This document shows, piece by piece, positions 48,637-58,160 of a DNA stretch of 64,000 bases. Source of the DNA: an uncultured virus (IMG/VR IMGVR_UViG_3300020220_000032). Taxonomy: Duplodnaviria > Heunggongvirae > Uroviricota > Caudoviricetes. Location: IMG/VR virus record IMGVR_UViG_3300020220_000032, positions 1-64,000 of that record; one strand, given 5' to 3'. Position 1 is the first letter of the stretch, and every line of letters begins with the position of its first letter. The position numbers and the translations under genes were made by a program. The notes below the pieces were generated by a model that saw only the letters and a list, made by a program, of their open reading frames with translations, was not told the origin of the DNA and made no database searches.

Positions 48637-48870
48637 TTAAATGTTTTCTGAATCGAGTTTTCTCTGTCTTCTTACAGCAGCATTTCTTTTTTCAGATTTT
48701 CTTTTTGATGGTTTAATATATTCCATGTGGTTTTTATATTCTTCAAGAATACCGGCTTCCTTTACCTTACGTTTAAATACCTTAATCATTGTATCTACAT
48801 TCATTCCACCTGCCTTAACTTTAACATGAGCAGGTTTTGAACTGGTATAAACTCTGTCTGACATAACCAT
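48637..48870 (-). CDS. rpsU: Ribosomal protein bS21
   Basis: VKV....VDTMIKVFKRKVKEAGILEEYK...YIKPS..K..K..AA.RR. Confidence 0.9.
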   Translation of the reverse strand: MVMSDRVYTSSKPAHVKVKAGGMNVDTMIKVFKRKVKEAGILEEYKNHMEYIKPSKRKSEKRNAAVRRQRKLDSENI

Positions 48871-48878
48871 TTTTTCCT

Positions 48879-49475
48879 TTATTTTTTTATTTCGTAAAAT
48901 GTTCCGAGTTGTTTACCTATGTTCTCGTAGATAGACTCCAGGGTTCTTTGTAATTTAACAATTTTTTCCGATATTTTTTGAAATTCATTTACAGATTCTC
49001 TCAATCTTTTTGAGTTTCTTCTATGTGATACACCTTCAAACCAATCGCCAGACTCCTCAACCATGTTTTTACTTGCAAATTCAACAAGTCTTTTTATTTC
49101 AGAAACTATTTCTGGTAGTGCCTTTGAACGATGAACTACCTCTCTGTATTGATTGTATTTTGAAATTGCCTCAATATATTGTTGTTTTTGTTCAGATGTA
49201 AGAACTTTTGTACTAAATTTTTCGTTCATTACTTCTTGAACAGCATCCGAAACAAGTTTATTTATTTCTTCTCTTGTCATTGATGTTTTTGTTTCACCAA
49301 CTTTTTTAGGAAGACCTTTATGTGATGTTCTAGCATATTTTTCTAATTCTTTTTCAGACATTGATGACGCCAAATCCTTTACAGATTTACTAACATCACT
49401 TGAAGCAACTTTACCTCTTTTGTAAGAGAGTGCAAGTCCCATTAACTTCTGTTGCTGTTGTGATAATGCCGGCAT
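48879..49475 (-). CDS. Head-region protein with a DUF3008-like N-terminus
   Basis: MPALSQQQQKLMGLAL..KRG...SMSEKELEKYA.T.HKGLP. Confidence 0.55.
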   Translation of the reverse strand: MPALSQQQQKLMGLALSYKRGKVASSDVSKSVKDLASSMSEKELEKYARTSHKGLPKKVGETKTSMTREEINKLVSDAVQEVMNEKFSTKVLTSEQKQQYIEAISKYNQYREVVHRSKALPEIVSEIKRLVEFASKNMVEESGDWFEGVSHRRNSKRLRESVNEFQKISEKIVKLQRTLESIYENIGKQLGTFYEIKK

Positions 49476-49477
49476 CG

Positions 49478-50149
49478 TTATCTTCCATCAAATATACATT
49501 CACAAACATTACCAATTTCACAAATAATGTTTGTTATATTATTGTGGATGCGATTTATTTTAGGATCTATTTTTGCAATTGTTGAAGTTGATATACCTTC
49601 TGTAATCAATTCTTCATGTAAACCTTCTTTCATTCCTTGTGGATACATAAATGCACCATGAGTTGATGGGTTTGAAACAAAATCCCAACCAATCAATTCA
49701 AAATCATCTTGAACTTCAACTGTGCTTTCACTTATTTCTTCAACAGAACCTAAACCTCTTGATGATATTCCAAGACGAATACCCGCATCAAGAAGTTGTT
49801 TTAGGATATTTCCGGATGGTGTTGGTAGTATCTCAACTGTTCCAACTACATCATTACCTTTCCAATCTACACCGAGAACATTATGTGAAACATTACGAAG
49901 ATTGATAACCGATGAATCTGGATGATCAAGTTCACCGAGCGCACGATTTTCTTTTATTTGATTTTCGGTATACTTCTTAACTTCACGCATTAAAATCTTT
50001 TTAGGATATACTCTACCATTTTGATTTTTTACTTCAGCTCTTTGTAAAACACCCGAAACTATAACTTTACCGTCATTTTTCTTTTCAGATTCGGTAATCA
50101 TTTTTGGATTTACATTAAAAAGTATGGTGTCTACGAGTAGTTCTTTCAT
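49478..50149 (-). CDS. Prohead protease (gp21-like)
   Basis: NQNGRVYP, GELDHP, VSH, PTPSG, GISSRGLGS, DFVSNPS. Confidence 0.95.
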   Translation of the reverse strand: MKELLVDTILFNVNPKMITESEKKNDGKVIVSGVLQRAEVKNQNGRVYPKKILMREVKKYTENQIKENRALGELDHPDSSVINLRNVSHNVLGVDWKGNDVVGTVEILPTPSGNILKQLLDAGIRLGISSRGLGSVEEISESTVEVQDDFELIGWDFVSNPSTHGAFMYPQGMKEGLHEELITEGISTSTIAKIDPKINRIHNNITNIICEIGNVCECIFDGR

Positions 50150-50151
50150 TT

Positions 50152-50655
50152 TTATGCACCTAATTCGTTAATCTTTTTTGTAATTCTATTTATTCTTTCG
50201 GATATTTTTCTCAATCTAGTCATTGATTCACCCCAAAGAGTTCTTTGATCAACATTCATTTCTGTTTTTAATCTCAATGCATGTTCAACAACTCTTTCTA
50301 CTTCGTAGATTGTTCTATTTATATTCTTAATTGAATCATTTATTTTTCTGTTTGAACTTCTTGTTTCATCCGTTCTAAAATCTTTATATGTTCCTTCCGA
50401 AATTAAACCCATTGCCTGTTTGTAGGTTGATTCATAATTTTTCTTTTTTGTTTTAGGAACAAGTTTATATCCATAAACTTCTGCAGTTTCTTTGTTGTGT
50501 TCTTCAAAATCTTCTTCACTCTTAGCAAAAGCATTTGGCGTTTGGTATCCGGGAACACCAGCAGTTGTGCTCATTTCATCTAATGATAATTCTTCTGCAA
50601 ACTGACGGTATTCTTCTGATTCTTTTAATTTTTTTATGAAAGACTCTACATTCAT
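50152..50655 (-). CDS. Hypothetical prohead-region protein
   Basis: ORF track; LDEMSTTAGVPGYQTPNAF. Confidence 0.65.
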   Translation of the reverse strand: MNVESFIKKLKESEEYRQFAEELSLDEMSTTAGVPGYQTPNAFAKSEEDFEEHNKETAEVYGYKLVPKTKKKNYESTYKQAMGLISEGTYKDFRTDETRSSNRKINDSIKNINRTIYEVERVVEHALRLKTEMNVDQRTLWGESMTRLRKISERINRITKKINELGA

Positions 50656-50658
50656 ATA

Positions 50659-50979
50659 TTACCTAATCATTTGATTACGAATTAAAACATATACGGTTCC
50701 ACTATCCACCGTTACACTCTGTAATGATAATTCGTGTATAACTGCAGCAGTGCTGGCCATAGCAGAAAGTGGAATGGTCCCACCTAAAGACAATGATGCA
50801 GTTCCCGTAGTTCCATTTGGTACAATTATACCACCTGCACCAAAATTAGAGGAAGTAAAAGTTGTAGTTCCGGTTTCACAAGTTATTGATTGAAAGAATT
50901 TTCCAGGATGCCCCTTTCTTTCAAATTCACTTGCCTGTGAAGCAGGAAAATTATATGGGTGTATTTGATTAACTGCCAT
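50659..50979 (-). CDS. Hypothetical small beta-rich virion protein
   Basis: ORF track; GGAG RBS. Confidence 0.6.
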   Translation of the reverse strand: MAVNQIHPYNFPASQASEFERKGHPGKFFQSITCETGTTTFTSSNFGAGGIIVPNGTTGTASLSLGGTIPLSAMASTAAVIHELSLQSVTVDSGTVYVLIRNQMIR

Positions 50980-51821
50980 TATTTACTCCATGATAAATCG
51001 TCTATTAAACTGTAATAACGAAGTAGAGCAGAGATATGATTTTCTTCTACTTTCTTTATCGTTTCATATTCATCCAAAAGTCCTGCAACTTCTTGTAATT
51101 TTATTTTTAGAGATTTGTCTTTTACCCTATGCATATTTTTTGTAAACAATCTTTTTATAGTTACCGCTTCTGTTTGAACAAGAGACTTTAAGTTATTTGT
51201 ATTACTAACATTTTCTATGTATTCTCGTAATAATACCTTTTGTGATTCCGTTAAATTACTATATTTTGCATTAAATTTTTCAACAAGATACTTGTAAGCC
51301 ATCAAACGAACTTCTTTTGGTTCCTGTGCAATAGCAACATCTTCGGTTATTACGGATGTATTTTGTTTTGATGTTATACTTTCAAGTATGGTTATACGAG
51401 ACTTTGTAATTTCAACTGGATTATCCAATTCATTATATTCAAAAACTTTGTATACGGAAGCAAGAAGTTTGTAATTTTGAACTTTTGTTTGAAAAAATGT
51501 ATCAATATCAAAGTTTTCTTTGATTGATTTTATCAATTCATACTTTTCGTTCTGTAATTTATGTTTGTTTAATCCACGTCTTGCTTTCAATACTGCCTCT
51601 ATTAACATATTTGCCTTTGTGTCTGACTTTAATTTTTCATCACAAAGGGTTTTATACAATTTATATTCTTTAATAAGTTCTGTGTTCTTATTAAAGAATT
51701 TTTTGAGAATCTGAATGGCAACAGATTCGTTGGAGGAAATGATGTCTGATGTTATTTGACGAGTCAATAACTCAAACAGCATTGCAGTATTTTTGAATTT
51801 AGAATGTTTAATTTTCTTCAT
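50979..51821 (-). CDS. Hypothetical prohead-region protein
   Basis: KHSKFKNT..LFELL.RQITSD; lies between portal and protease. Confidence 0.65.
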   Translation of the reverse strand: MKKIKHSKFKNTAMLFELLTRQITSDIISSNESVAIQILKKFFNKNTELIKEYKLYKTLCDEKLKSDTKANMLIEAVLKARRGLNKHKLQNEKYELIKSIKENFDIDTFFQTKVQNYKLLASVYKVFEYNELDNPVEITKSRITILESITSKQNTSVITEDVAIAQEPKEVRLMAYKYLVEKFNAKYSNLTESQKVLLREYIENVSNTNNLKSLVQTEAVTIKRLFTKNMHRVKDKSLKIKLQEVAGLLDEYETIKKVEENHISALLRYYSLIDDLSWSK

Positions 51822-51872
51822 TGTTCCTTATACCTGTTTATGTGCACTTTCATAGAATAAATATAGGCAATT

Positions 51873-53738
51873 TTACAATTCATCTAATAAATTGTTCTCA
51901 TTCAACAAATTTGATTCATTTTCGTGTTTAATAGTCGGTTTAAGACTTTCCGATATTATTTTTTTTGTTTTAATCTTTATACCGGACATACTATCTATCA
52001 ATTTACCTATATCACGGTTTTCAAGTGATAACGGTGAATTTCCTTTGTAATTTACTTTTGGTGAATTATTAACCTTCAATGTATTACCAATATCTTTCTT
52101 TCCGATTGGATCCCTGCCAAATGGACTGTTATCTGTTCCATAACTTAAATTCTTAGCAGGTCTACCAGCTCCAGGCCAACCACCTTCTGGAACTTCATTA
52201 TCGGTTATCATTTTACTACCACCACGAATTTGCATACTTGCAATATCATGTGGTGTTCCAAATGACTCCTTTGTTACTGCTGGATCATTTCCTTCATTTT
52301 CAATTTGTTTTTGACGGAACATATGTTTAATATCTTCAAGAACTTCATTCTTTTCAAATTCTGCTTCGTCTTCTGAAAGGTTAAATATGTTTGAATAAAT
52401 ATATTTCAATGAAAATAGTTTCTTTTCTATCAGTGTTCCCGCCAAGTCCACTTTTTCTTTCATAAGAGCAACTTTTTCTTGTTCATATATGATAGAAGGT
52501 CCTGTTAATCCCAATTCAAAGTTTACCAAATCTGCATTTTCATATCCCTGTGAATATAGATGAACAATAGCAATCTTTGTCAATTCAGAAATCACAATTC
52601 TCTGTACTCTTTCTATTGTTCTAGCAAAACGAATATCAAGAGCGGCAAGTGTTGCCTTTCCTTCTATACTTTCATCATAGCCCAAATACGGTTTTGGAAC
52701 TTTTAGGGCAGCAAATATTTTACTTTTAAGATATTCAATATCTTCAATTGCTTGATATTGTAAACCTGCAAGTGTTTCAATTTGTGTACCAGATTGTCCA
52801 CCACGAACAGGAAGATAAAAGTCTTCCAAAAGATTTTGCATATTAAAACGGAGATTGTAGTCACCAGTCTGTTCATTGATAACGGGAGTCTTCTTCATTC
52901 TATTCATAAGGTTATTCATGTATTGGTCTACTTCAGCCGGTGGTATATTACCAATATCAACTTTGAAAATACGTTTTTCAGGAGCACGCATAATACGATG
53001 TATCAACATCGCATCTTCCATTAAAACTAGTTGTTTGTAAAGTTTACGAGCACCTTCTAAAATTGATTTACCATAAGGAAGATAATTAGTATCACCTAAT
53101 AATCTAAAATGTGCCATTTCATAATTTTGAAATTCACCTCTACCAAGAGGACCTTCGTATACAAATTTTGTCATATAGATATGTTCCGGATCAGTTCCTT
53201 CTTCTCTTTGAACTTCATATGGTGAAAACGGAACAACATTTGTAACACCCAATTCTTCCTTTACATCCATATACAAATAAAAATCACCGTATTTACAAAG
53301 ATTACGAATCCATGGCCAAAGATTATATTCTATATTAAGAACATCATAAAAAAGATTACGAAGAATTTTACGTATATTGTCATTGTCAGTTTTGATAGTT
53401 AAAACATCACCTTGATTATTTTTGAGTGTGCTTTCATCTGCATATATGTCAAGTGCAGATGATATTATGGCATCTGTGTCCATTGATTCATAATCAGTAT
53501 AAAGATCTATTTTTGTTGCTGCGAATGAATTGTATTGATTGTATACTGATATTGGTGTTCCCTTTGTTCCATGTAATCTGCCATATCTATCAATAACTTT
53601 TGATGTGTGTGGGTTTCCATCACCTTGATAGCGAGCAGTATCAACAACTTTTAATTTTTTACCACCAACATTACGAACAACAACATTAGTAGAAAAAAGT
53701 GTTTTTAGTCTATCAAACAATGATTTATTTTGTGCCAT
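51873..53738 (-). CDS. Portal protein (gp20-like)
   Basis: LMEDAMLIHRIMRAPEKRIFKVDIGNIP, EDFYLPVRG, ALKVPK, DIRFARTI. Confidence 0.96.
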   Translation of the reverse strand: MAQNKSLFDRLKTLFSTNVVVRNVGGKKLKVVDTARYQGDGNPHTSKVIDRYGRLHGTKGTPISVYNQYNSFAATKIDLYTDYESMDTDAIISSALDIYADESTLKNNQGDVLTIKTDNDNIRKILRNLFYDVLNIEYNLWPWIRNLCKYGDFYLYMDVKEELGVTNVVPFSPYEVQREEGTDPEHIYMTKFVYEGPLGRGEFQNYEMAHFRLLGDTNYLPYGKSILEGARKLYKQLVLMEDAMLIHRIMRAPEKRIFKVDIGNIPPAEVDQYMNNLMNRMKKTPVINEQTGDYNLRFNMQNLLEDFYLPVRGGQSGTQIETLAGLQYQAIEDIEYLKSKIFAALKVPKPYLGYDESIEGKATLAALDIRFARTIERVQRIVISELTKIAIVHLYSQGYENADLVNFELGLTGPSIIYEQEKVALMKEKVDLAGTLIEKKLFSLKYIYSNIFNLSEDEAEFEKNEVLEDIKHMFRQKQIENEGNDPAVTKESFGTPHDIASMQIRGGSKMITDNEVPEGGWPGAGRPAKNLSYGTDNSPFGRDPIGKKDIGNTLKVNNSPKVNYKGNSPLSLENRDIGKLIDSMSGIKIKTKKIISESLKPTIKHENESNLLNENNLLDEL

Positions 53739-53797
53739 TTGTCACCTATTTTATGTAATATAAACTTAATATAAATATGTAGGAAAAAATACAAACT

Positions 53798-55381
53798 CTA
53801 TTTTATTAACCAAGTAAGGTCTTCATTTTGACCATTGACTGTCATATTCCAACCATGTAGGTCATCTCCATATTGATATGAAGGTTTTAGTGGTGTTGTT
53901 GATTTCCCCATATAATCCAAACTCATTCGTGTCTTCATCAGTCCTTCTTGACGAAGTTTTAGAGCAGTATCTCTAACCCAAAGTCCTATTGCAAATGACA
54001 TAACCAAGTCATCATTATATCCTGTTTGTGCCTCTGCCTTTGCACCATTCCAAACAAACACATATAGTTCTTGTGTTAATCTTGAAGACTTTATTATTGG
54101 TAATCTTTCACGAAAATATGTTTCCAATTTTGAAATCAAAAGTGGTCTTGTTTTAGCACTTGTAGTAAATCCAGGAATCATTTGTGCCTTGTCTTTTAAG
54201 TCATAACCCTTTGGAATATGAACGGATGGATCAGTATACCCATCTTCACGGTATGTATAATAAAGATTTGGATAACCTCTATCAATAATCTGTTGAATTG
54301 CTGCCCACCCAATGTTAGCATTTTCAACTACAAGAAGAGCATCGTTATATTCTGTTGCAACTGATACTAACATATTACCATAAGTTTTTGTATCGAGTTT
54401 ACCTTTGTATTCTGCAACTTGTTCCATATTTTCTACATCAATCACATGGAATGCTGAATTATCATTTCCGTCACCACGAGCAACGTCAGCAATAACCATA
54501 TATGTTTTATTTGGTTCTGGATAATCCCAAATCCAATAAGCATCCTCTGCACCACGCCGTTCTTTTGGTTCACACACATAAGTTTGTTCATACCATTGGA
54601 CAAGTTCACCATCAATTACGGAACGACCAGATGTAAGAAAATTTCCATCACACTCTTGTTTTGCCATATTAGGACCCAATAGTTTGTCTTGTTCATCGCG
54701 CCATTTTTGGTCACGGTCTGGATGAACTTGCCATAATAATTCTATTGGATTAAATGCACTTTCTTTGTTTATTGCATTTACCCATTGTTTATGATAAAAA
54801 TTACCAACACCATTTGGAGTAGAGTTGATTATTGCAGTACCACCGGTTGCAAGTGTTTGTTGTGCAGATGCCCATATTCTATCTATATCATCAATAAAGG
54901 CGGCCTCGTCTATGATAAGAAGTGAAAGTGCTTCAGAACGAGCAGAGTCAGCTGCAGCAGAAACGGCTTTAATTTGTGAACCGTTCTTAAATCGGAGTGA
55001 AAGTTTATTATCTTCTTGAACACCAGTCTTTAACCAACTTGGCATATTATCATACATAACACGAACTTTTGTAACCAAGTTTTTAGCAGTTTCTTGTTTT
55101 GTAGCAATAACAAGAATGTTTTTATCTTGATTGAATAACATCAACCAAAGTGAATATCCAGCAATAACTGTGGATATACCTAACTGACGAGACTTTAATA
55201 CAATGTTCCACCGGTTAGTGTTAAATTCTTTGAGGACATCTTCCTGAAATGGATATAGGTCGAATAATATCTTGCCACGGGTTGGATGTTGAATTTTAGC
55301 ATAACGCTTCATAAAGTATACCGGATTAGCGGCACACTTTGCGTATTCTTCTTTGATAATATCTTTTAGATTCTTACTCAT
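53798..55381 (-). CDS. Terminase large subunit (gp17-like; probable start MSKNLK at 55381)
   Basis: LYPFQ, KSRQLGIST, IIDEAAF, STPNG, ADVARGDG, DDLVMSFAI; ATGA overlap with the upstream gene. Confidence 0.96.
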   Translation of the reverse strand: MSKNLKDIIKEEYAKCAANPVYFMKRYAKIQHPTRGKILFDLYPFQEDVLKEFNTNRWNIVLKSRQLGISTVIAGYSLWLMLFNQDKNILVIATKQETAKNLVTKVRVMYDNMPSWLKTGVQEDNKLSLRFKNGSQIKAVSAAADSARSEALSLLIIDEAAFIDDIDRIWASAQQTLATGGTAIINSTPNGVGNFYHKQWVNAINKESAFNPIELLWQVHPDRDQKWRDEQDKLLGPNMAKQECDGNFLTSGRSVIDGELVQWYEQTYVCEPKERRGAEDAYWIWDYPEPNKTYMVIADVARGDGNDNSAFHVIDVENMEQVAEYKGKLDTKTYGNMLVSVATEYNDALLVVENANIGWAAIQQIIDRGYPNLYYTYREDGYTDPSVHIPKGYDLKDKAQMIPGFTTSAKTRPLLISKLETYFRERLPIIKSSRLTQELYVFVWNGAKAEAQTGYNDDLVMSFAIGLWVRDTALKLRQEGLMKTRMSLDYMGKSTTPLKPSYQYGDDLHGWNMTVNGQNEDLTWLIK

Positions 55382-55749
55382 TGAACTGCAAATACTATCC
55401 CAAGAGTAGTTCCAACACCAGTAAAGAACCAAAGTAATTTATTATCATACCATTTTGGTTGGAGTTCATCAATAATTTTTTCCAATTCTACACTTCTTTT
55501 TTTACAAGCATCAATAGCTTGGTCACGATTTTTTAATTGTTGGTGATATAAGTCAAAACGAGTTTGGTGAAATTCTATTAAAGTATCTTGAGCATTTACA
55601 ACTGCGGTTAGATATTCAACTGAATCACGAATTAGTTGAATACGATTTGCCATCTTCACCACATCGGTTTTCTTAAAACATATAACAGAGTCATTTTCAA
55701 CTGCAAACACAGTTGTTACTGAAAATAATAGGGCAATTAAATACTTCAT
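55378..55749 (-). CDS. Signal peptide + coiled coil + C-terminal TM protein (possible spanin component)
   Basis: MKYLIALLFSVTTVFA signal; C-terminal WYDNKLLWFFTGVGTTLGIVFAV. Confidence 0.5.
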   Translation of the reverse strand: MKYLIALLFSVTTVFAVENDSVICFKKTDVVKMANRIQLIRDSVEYLTAVVNAQDTLIEFHQTRFDLYHQQLKNRDQAIDACKKRSVELEKIIDELQPKWYDNKLLWFFTGVGTTLGIVFAVQ

Positions 55750-55752
55750 AGA

Positions 55753-56091
55753 TTAGTCTTTCAAAAAGTTGATAATATACTTTGTGGCTTCATCAGGATT
55801 TTTTATTTCTTTATCACGATAAACATAGAATTTTTTTCGTATGATAAGAATACTGTCCTTACGAACTTTAATTAGTGAGTCTAATTCATCAGCTCTTTTT
55901 TTCAAATTAGTATAATCAAACTCATATTTGTTTATTAAAGCGTCTAAACTATCTTTTGTTTTTGTTGATGTCTTTATCTGTTCTTTTGAACGATTATTGT
56001 CATAAACTAAATAAACAAAAAGTATTGCAAAAACTCCAATGACAAACATTTTCACATATTTGCCAATTTTTTCTTCCAAAACACCATTCAT
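55753..56091 (-). CDS. N-terminal TM + coiled-coil protein (possible i-spanin)
   Basis: FVIGVFAILFVYLVY followed by heptads with DSL repeats. Confidence 0.5.
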   Translation of the reverse strand: MNGVLEEKIGKYVKMFVIGVFAILFVYLVYDNNRSKEQIKTSTKTKDSLDALINKYEFDYTNLKKRADELDSLIKVRKDSILIIRKKFYVYRDKEIKNPDEATKYIINFLKD

Positions 56092-56093
56092 AA

Positions 56094-56438
56094 TTAACCT
56101 TTTGTATAAGTTGAAACCATTTTTGCCTTACCACGACCGGTTGTACCGTGTTTTCTTTTTCGTGATACTGCACTTCTTTTTTGTTTTTTTGACATTGAAG
56201 CGGCTTTTGATGCAGGAACACATTTGGGATATGCTCTTTTACCACCTTTTCTTGCCTTACTACCAGCAGAGGCGCCGCATGGTGGATGGCCACCACTTTT
56301 TTTATTACGAGAAATATCAACCCATTTTTCTCTAAACCAACCAGTAAGACCACCACTGGGTTTTTTTCCTTCGATGATTACTGATCGTAGATATTTGTTT
56401 ATTATTTCTCTTACTATATTTTCTGTGCATTTATTCAT
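56094..56438 (-). CDS. Small highly basic phage protein
   Basis: GLTGWFREKWVDI...PCG...YPKCVP; Lys/Arg-rich; upstream motif at 56443-56450. Confidence 0.65.
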   Translation of the reverse strand: MNKCTENIVREIINKYLRSVIIEGKKPSGGLTGWFREKWVDISRNKKSGGHPPCGASAGSKARKGGKRAYPKCVPASKAASMSKKQKRSAVSRKRKHGTTGRGKAKMVSTYTKG

Positions 56439-56456
56439 ATAGATAAATATGTAGTA

Positions 56457-57581
56457 TTATGTTATTTTAACTGATCCATATTTTACATATCCAGTTATAT
56501 TGTCTAATTCAAGATTTTTTTGTTCAATCATATAATCGAATATGTAAAATAATCTATTTCTATCTTGTCCTTTTAAGTTTCCAATCTCTGGTATCAATTT
56601 TTTATTAAACGTACTATCATATTTTATTTGGTTAGGTACAGGTCTTTGGAAGTCACTTAAAGCAAATCTTATTATAGAATCTGCATTATATTTCCCATCA
56701 ACACTACGAACTATATTAGATAATCTTAACTTTACTCTATAATCAGAAACTCCTTTTGTATCGAACCCACCCATACCTTTATCAGAACCAGAAGTTCCAG
56801 ATGTTCCACCAGTTCCACCAGAACCAGAAGTTCCAGATGTTCCACCAGTTCCAGATGTTCCACCAGTTCCAGATGTTCCACCAGTTCCACCAGAACCAGA
56901 AGTTCCAGATGTTCCACCAGTTCCAGATGTTCCACCAGTTCCAGATGTTCCACCAGTTCCAGATGTTCCACCAGTTCCACCATTACCTTTTGTTCCAGAT
57001 GATCCATCCTTTCCACTTGTGCCGGAAGTTCCTGTATCAGGTAAAGGTGCACTTAAAATTGCAACCCAAGGCAATATACCAGGAATTGGTGATGGAAAAG
57101 CGGGTATTAGTCCATTATATGTTCCTGCTATTTTAGTATGATGTGCAACTAATGCATTATACAATGTATCAGCAAACATTTCAAATTCTGGTTGGTCAAA
57201 TGCCTTTATTAAATCTTTTTCCAATTCCGTAGGTTCTCCTGGAAAAAGAACAGTTGTGCCTTTTAACGGACTTATCGTAGGAGGCAAAGTTGGTAATGGT
57301 GTAAATATAGCTTTCAACCAATATGCACAAAATCCAGTTGCCATTAAAATAAAACCTTCTTTTGTATTTGTAGTTTTATTGGTATCAAAAGCTAACTTGA
57401 TAAATTTTTGCAATGTATCTTTATCACCACTAATAACTGATGAACCAAAAAATGTGCAACTAGAACCTATGTTTGCCAAATCATATGCATCAGCAAGTAT
57501 TTGTGCAGCGTGGTCTGTATCTGTAACATTATTTGTTCCCATTTCGGGAGTAAGCATCGACTTGAAAGTTGCTGGGTTCAT
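56457..57581 (-). CDS. Hypothetical virion protein with a GTGGTS low-complexity linker
   Basis: ORF track. Confidence 0.65.
   Translation of the reverse strand: MNPATFKSMLTPEMGTNNVTDTDHAAQILADAYDLANIGSSCTFFGSSVISGDKDTLQKFIKLAFDTNKTTNTKEGFILMATGFCAYWLKAIFTPLPTLPPTISPLKGTTVLFPGEPTELEKDLIKAFDQPEFEMFADTLYNALVAHHTKIAGTYNGLIPAFPSPIPGILPWVAILSAPLPDTGTSGTSGKDGSSGTKGNGGTGGTSGTGGTSGTGGTSGTGGTSGTSGSGGTGGTSGTGGTSGTGGTSGTSGSGGTGGTSGTSGSDKGMGGFDTKGVSDYRVKLRLSNIVRSVDGKYNADSIIRFALSDFQRPVPNQIKYDSTFNKKLIPEIGNLKGQDRNRLFYIFDYMIEQKNLELDNITGYVKYGSVKIT
56785..56981 (-). repeat. 9/18-bp tandem repeats encoding (GTGGTS)n
   Basis: CCAGATGTTCCACCAGTT units. Confidence 0.95.
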
Positions 57582-57584
57582 ATA

Positions 57585-58160
57585 TTAAGTCTTATCTATT
57601 GCACCTTTGCCACTTGACGGCCATCCAAAACGGCATGACCAATATCTTGCCTTATGTCTTGGTCCGGGAGATTGACAATTGTGACGAGCACGAAATGATT
57701 TTCTACGAGCTGCATTACTTTTTTTAATACGCATGGTTTTCTTACCACCTTCGCCCTTGTGACCAAAGTTTACTTTTACGATATTACCATTTGGTTTTTT
57801 TACATACACGGAAAATTTTTTTGGACCACCCGGTGTTCTGAATGGTTTACCTAATGATACTTTTCTACCACGATATTCTGCTTCATTCATCATATTAGGT
57901 TCACTTTCTTGTAAACGAAAATGTAATTCGGTGATTTTACCACAAGCATTTGTAGCATATCCTTCAAGTTGATAGCCAGGATTTACAATAGTTTCTTTTA
58001 CATTACGAAATCCACCACCTGCAGCTTTGTATGCTTTAACAAGAGCACCTGAAGCATATGCACTTGGCCATACTTTATATTTACTTTTAATTCTCGATTT
58101 TATTCTCGAATAAAGTTTCTTATTAGTTGGAACTGCTCTTTCAATTATTACCGCTTTCAT
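57585..58160 (-). CDS. Basic two-module phage protein
   Basis: PTNKKLY...WPSAYASGALVKAYKAAGG module and AEYRGRKV...VNFG...RRKSFRARHNC...YWSC module, separated by an MMNE site. Confidence 0.7.
   Translation of the reverse strand: MKAVIIERAVPTNKKLYSRIKSRIKSKYKVWPSAYASGALVKAYKAAGGGFRNVKETIVNPGYQLEGYATNACGKITELHFRLQESEPNMMNEAEYRGRKVSLGKPFRTPGGPKKFSVYVKKPNGNIVKVNFGHKGEGGKKTMRIKKSNAARRKSFRARHNCQSPGPRHKARYWSCRFGWPSSGKGAIDKT

Noticed and set aside
55382..55432. N-terminal extension of terminase in the ORF track (likewise the upstream starts at 5242, 7495, 16865, 18871, 43219, 47221, 59132)
   Set aside because: Downstream starts have better RBS or gene-overlap support, and the extensions overlap neighbouring genes or the RBS itself.
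56732..57136. ORFs with (QMFHQF)n and (VEHLEL)n repeats
   Set aside because: These are alternative-frame readings of the GTGGTS minisatellite.
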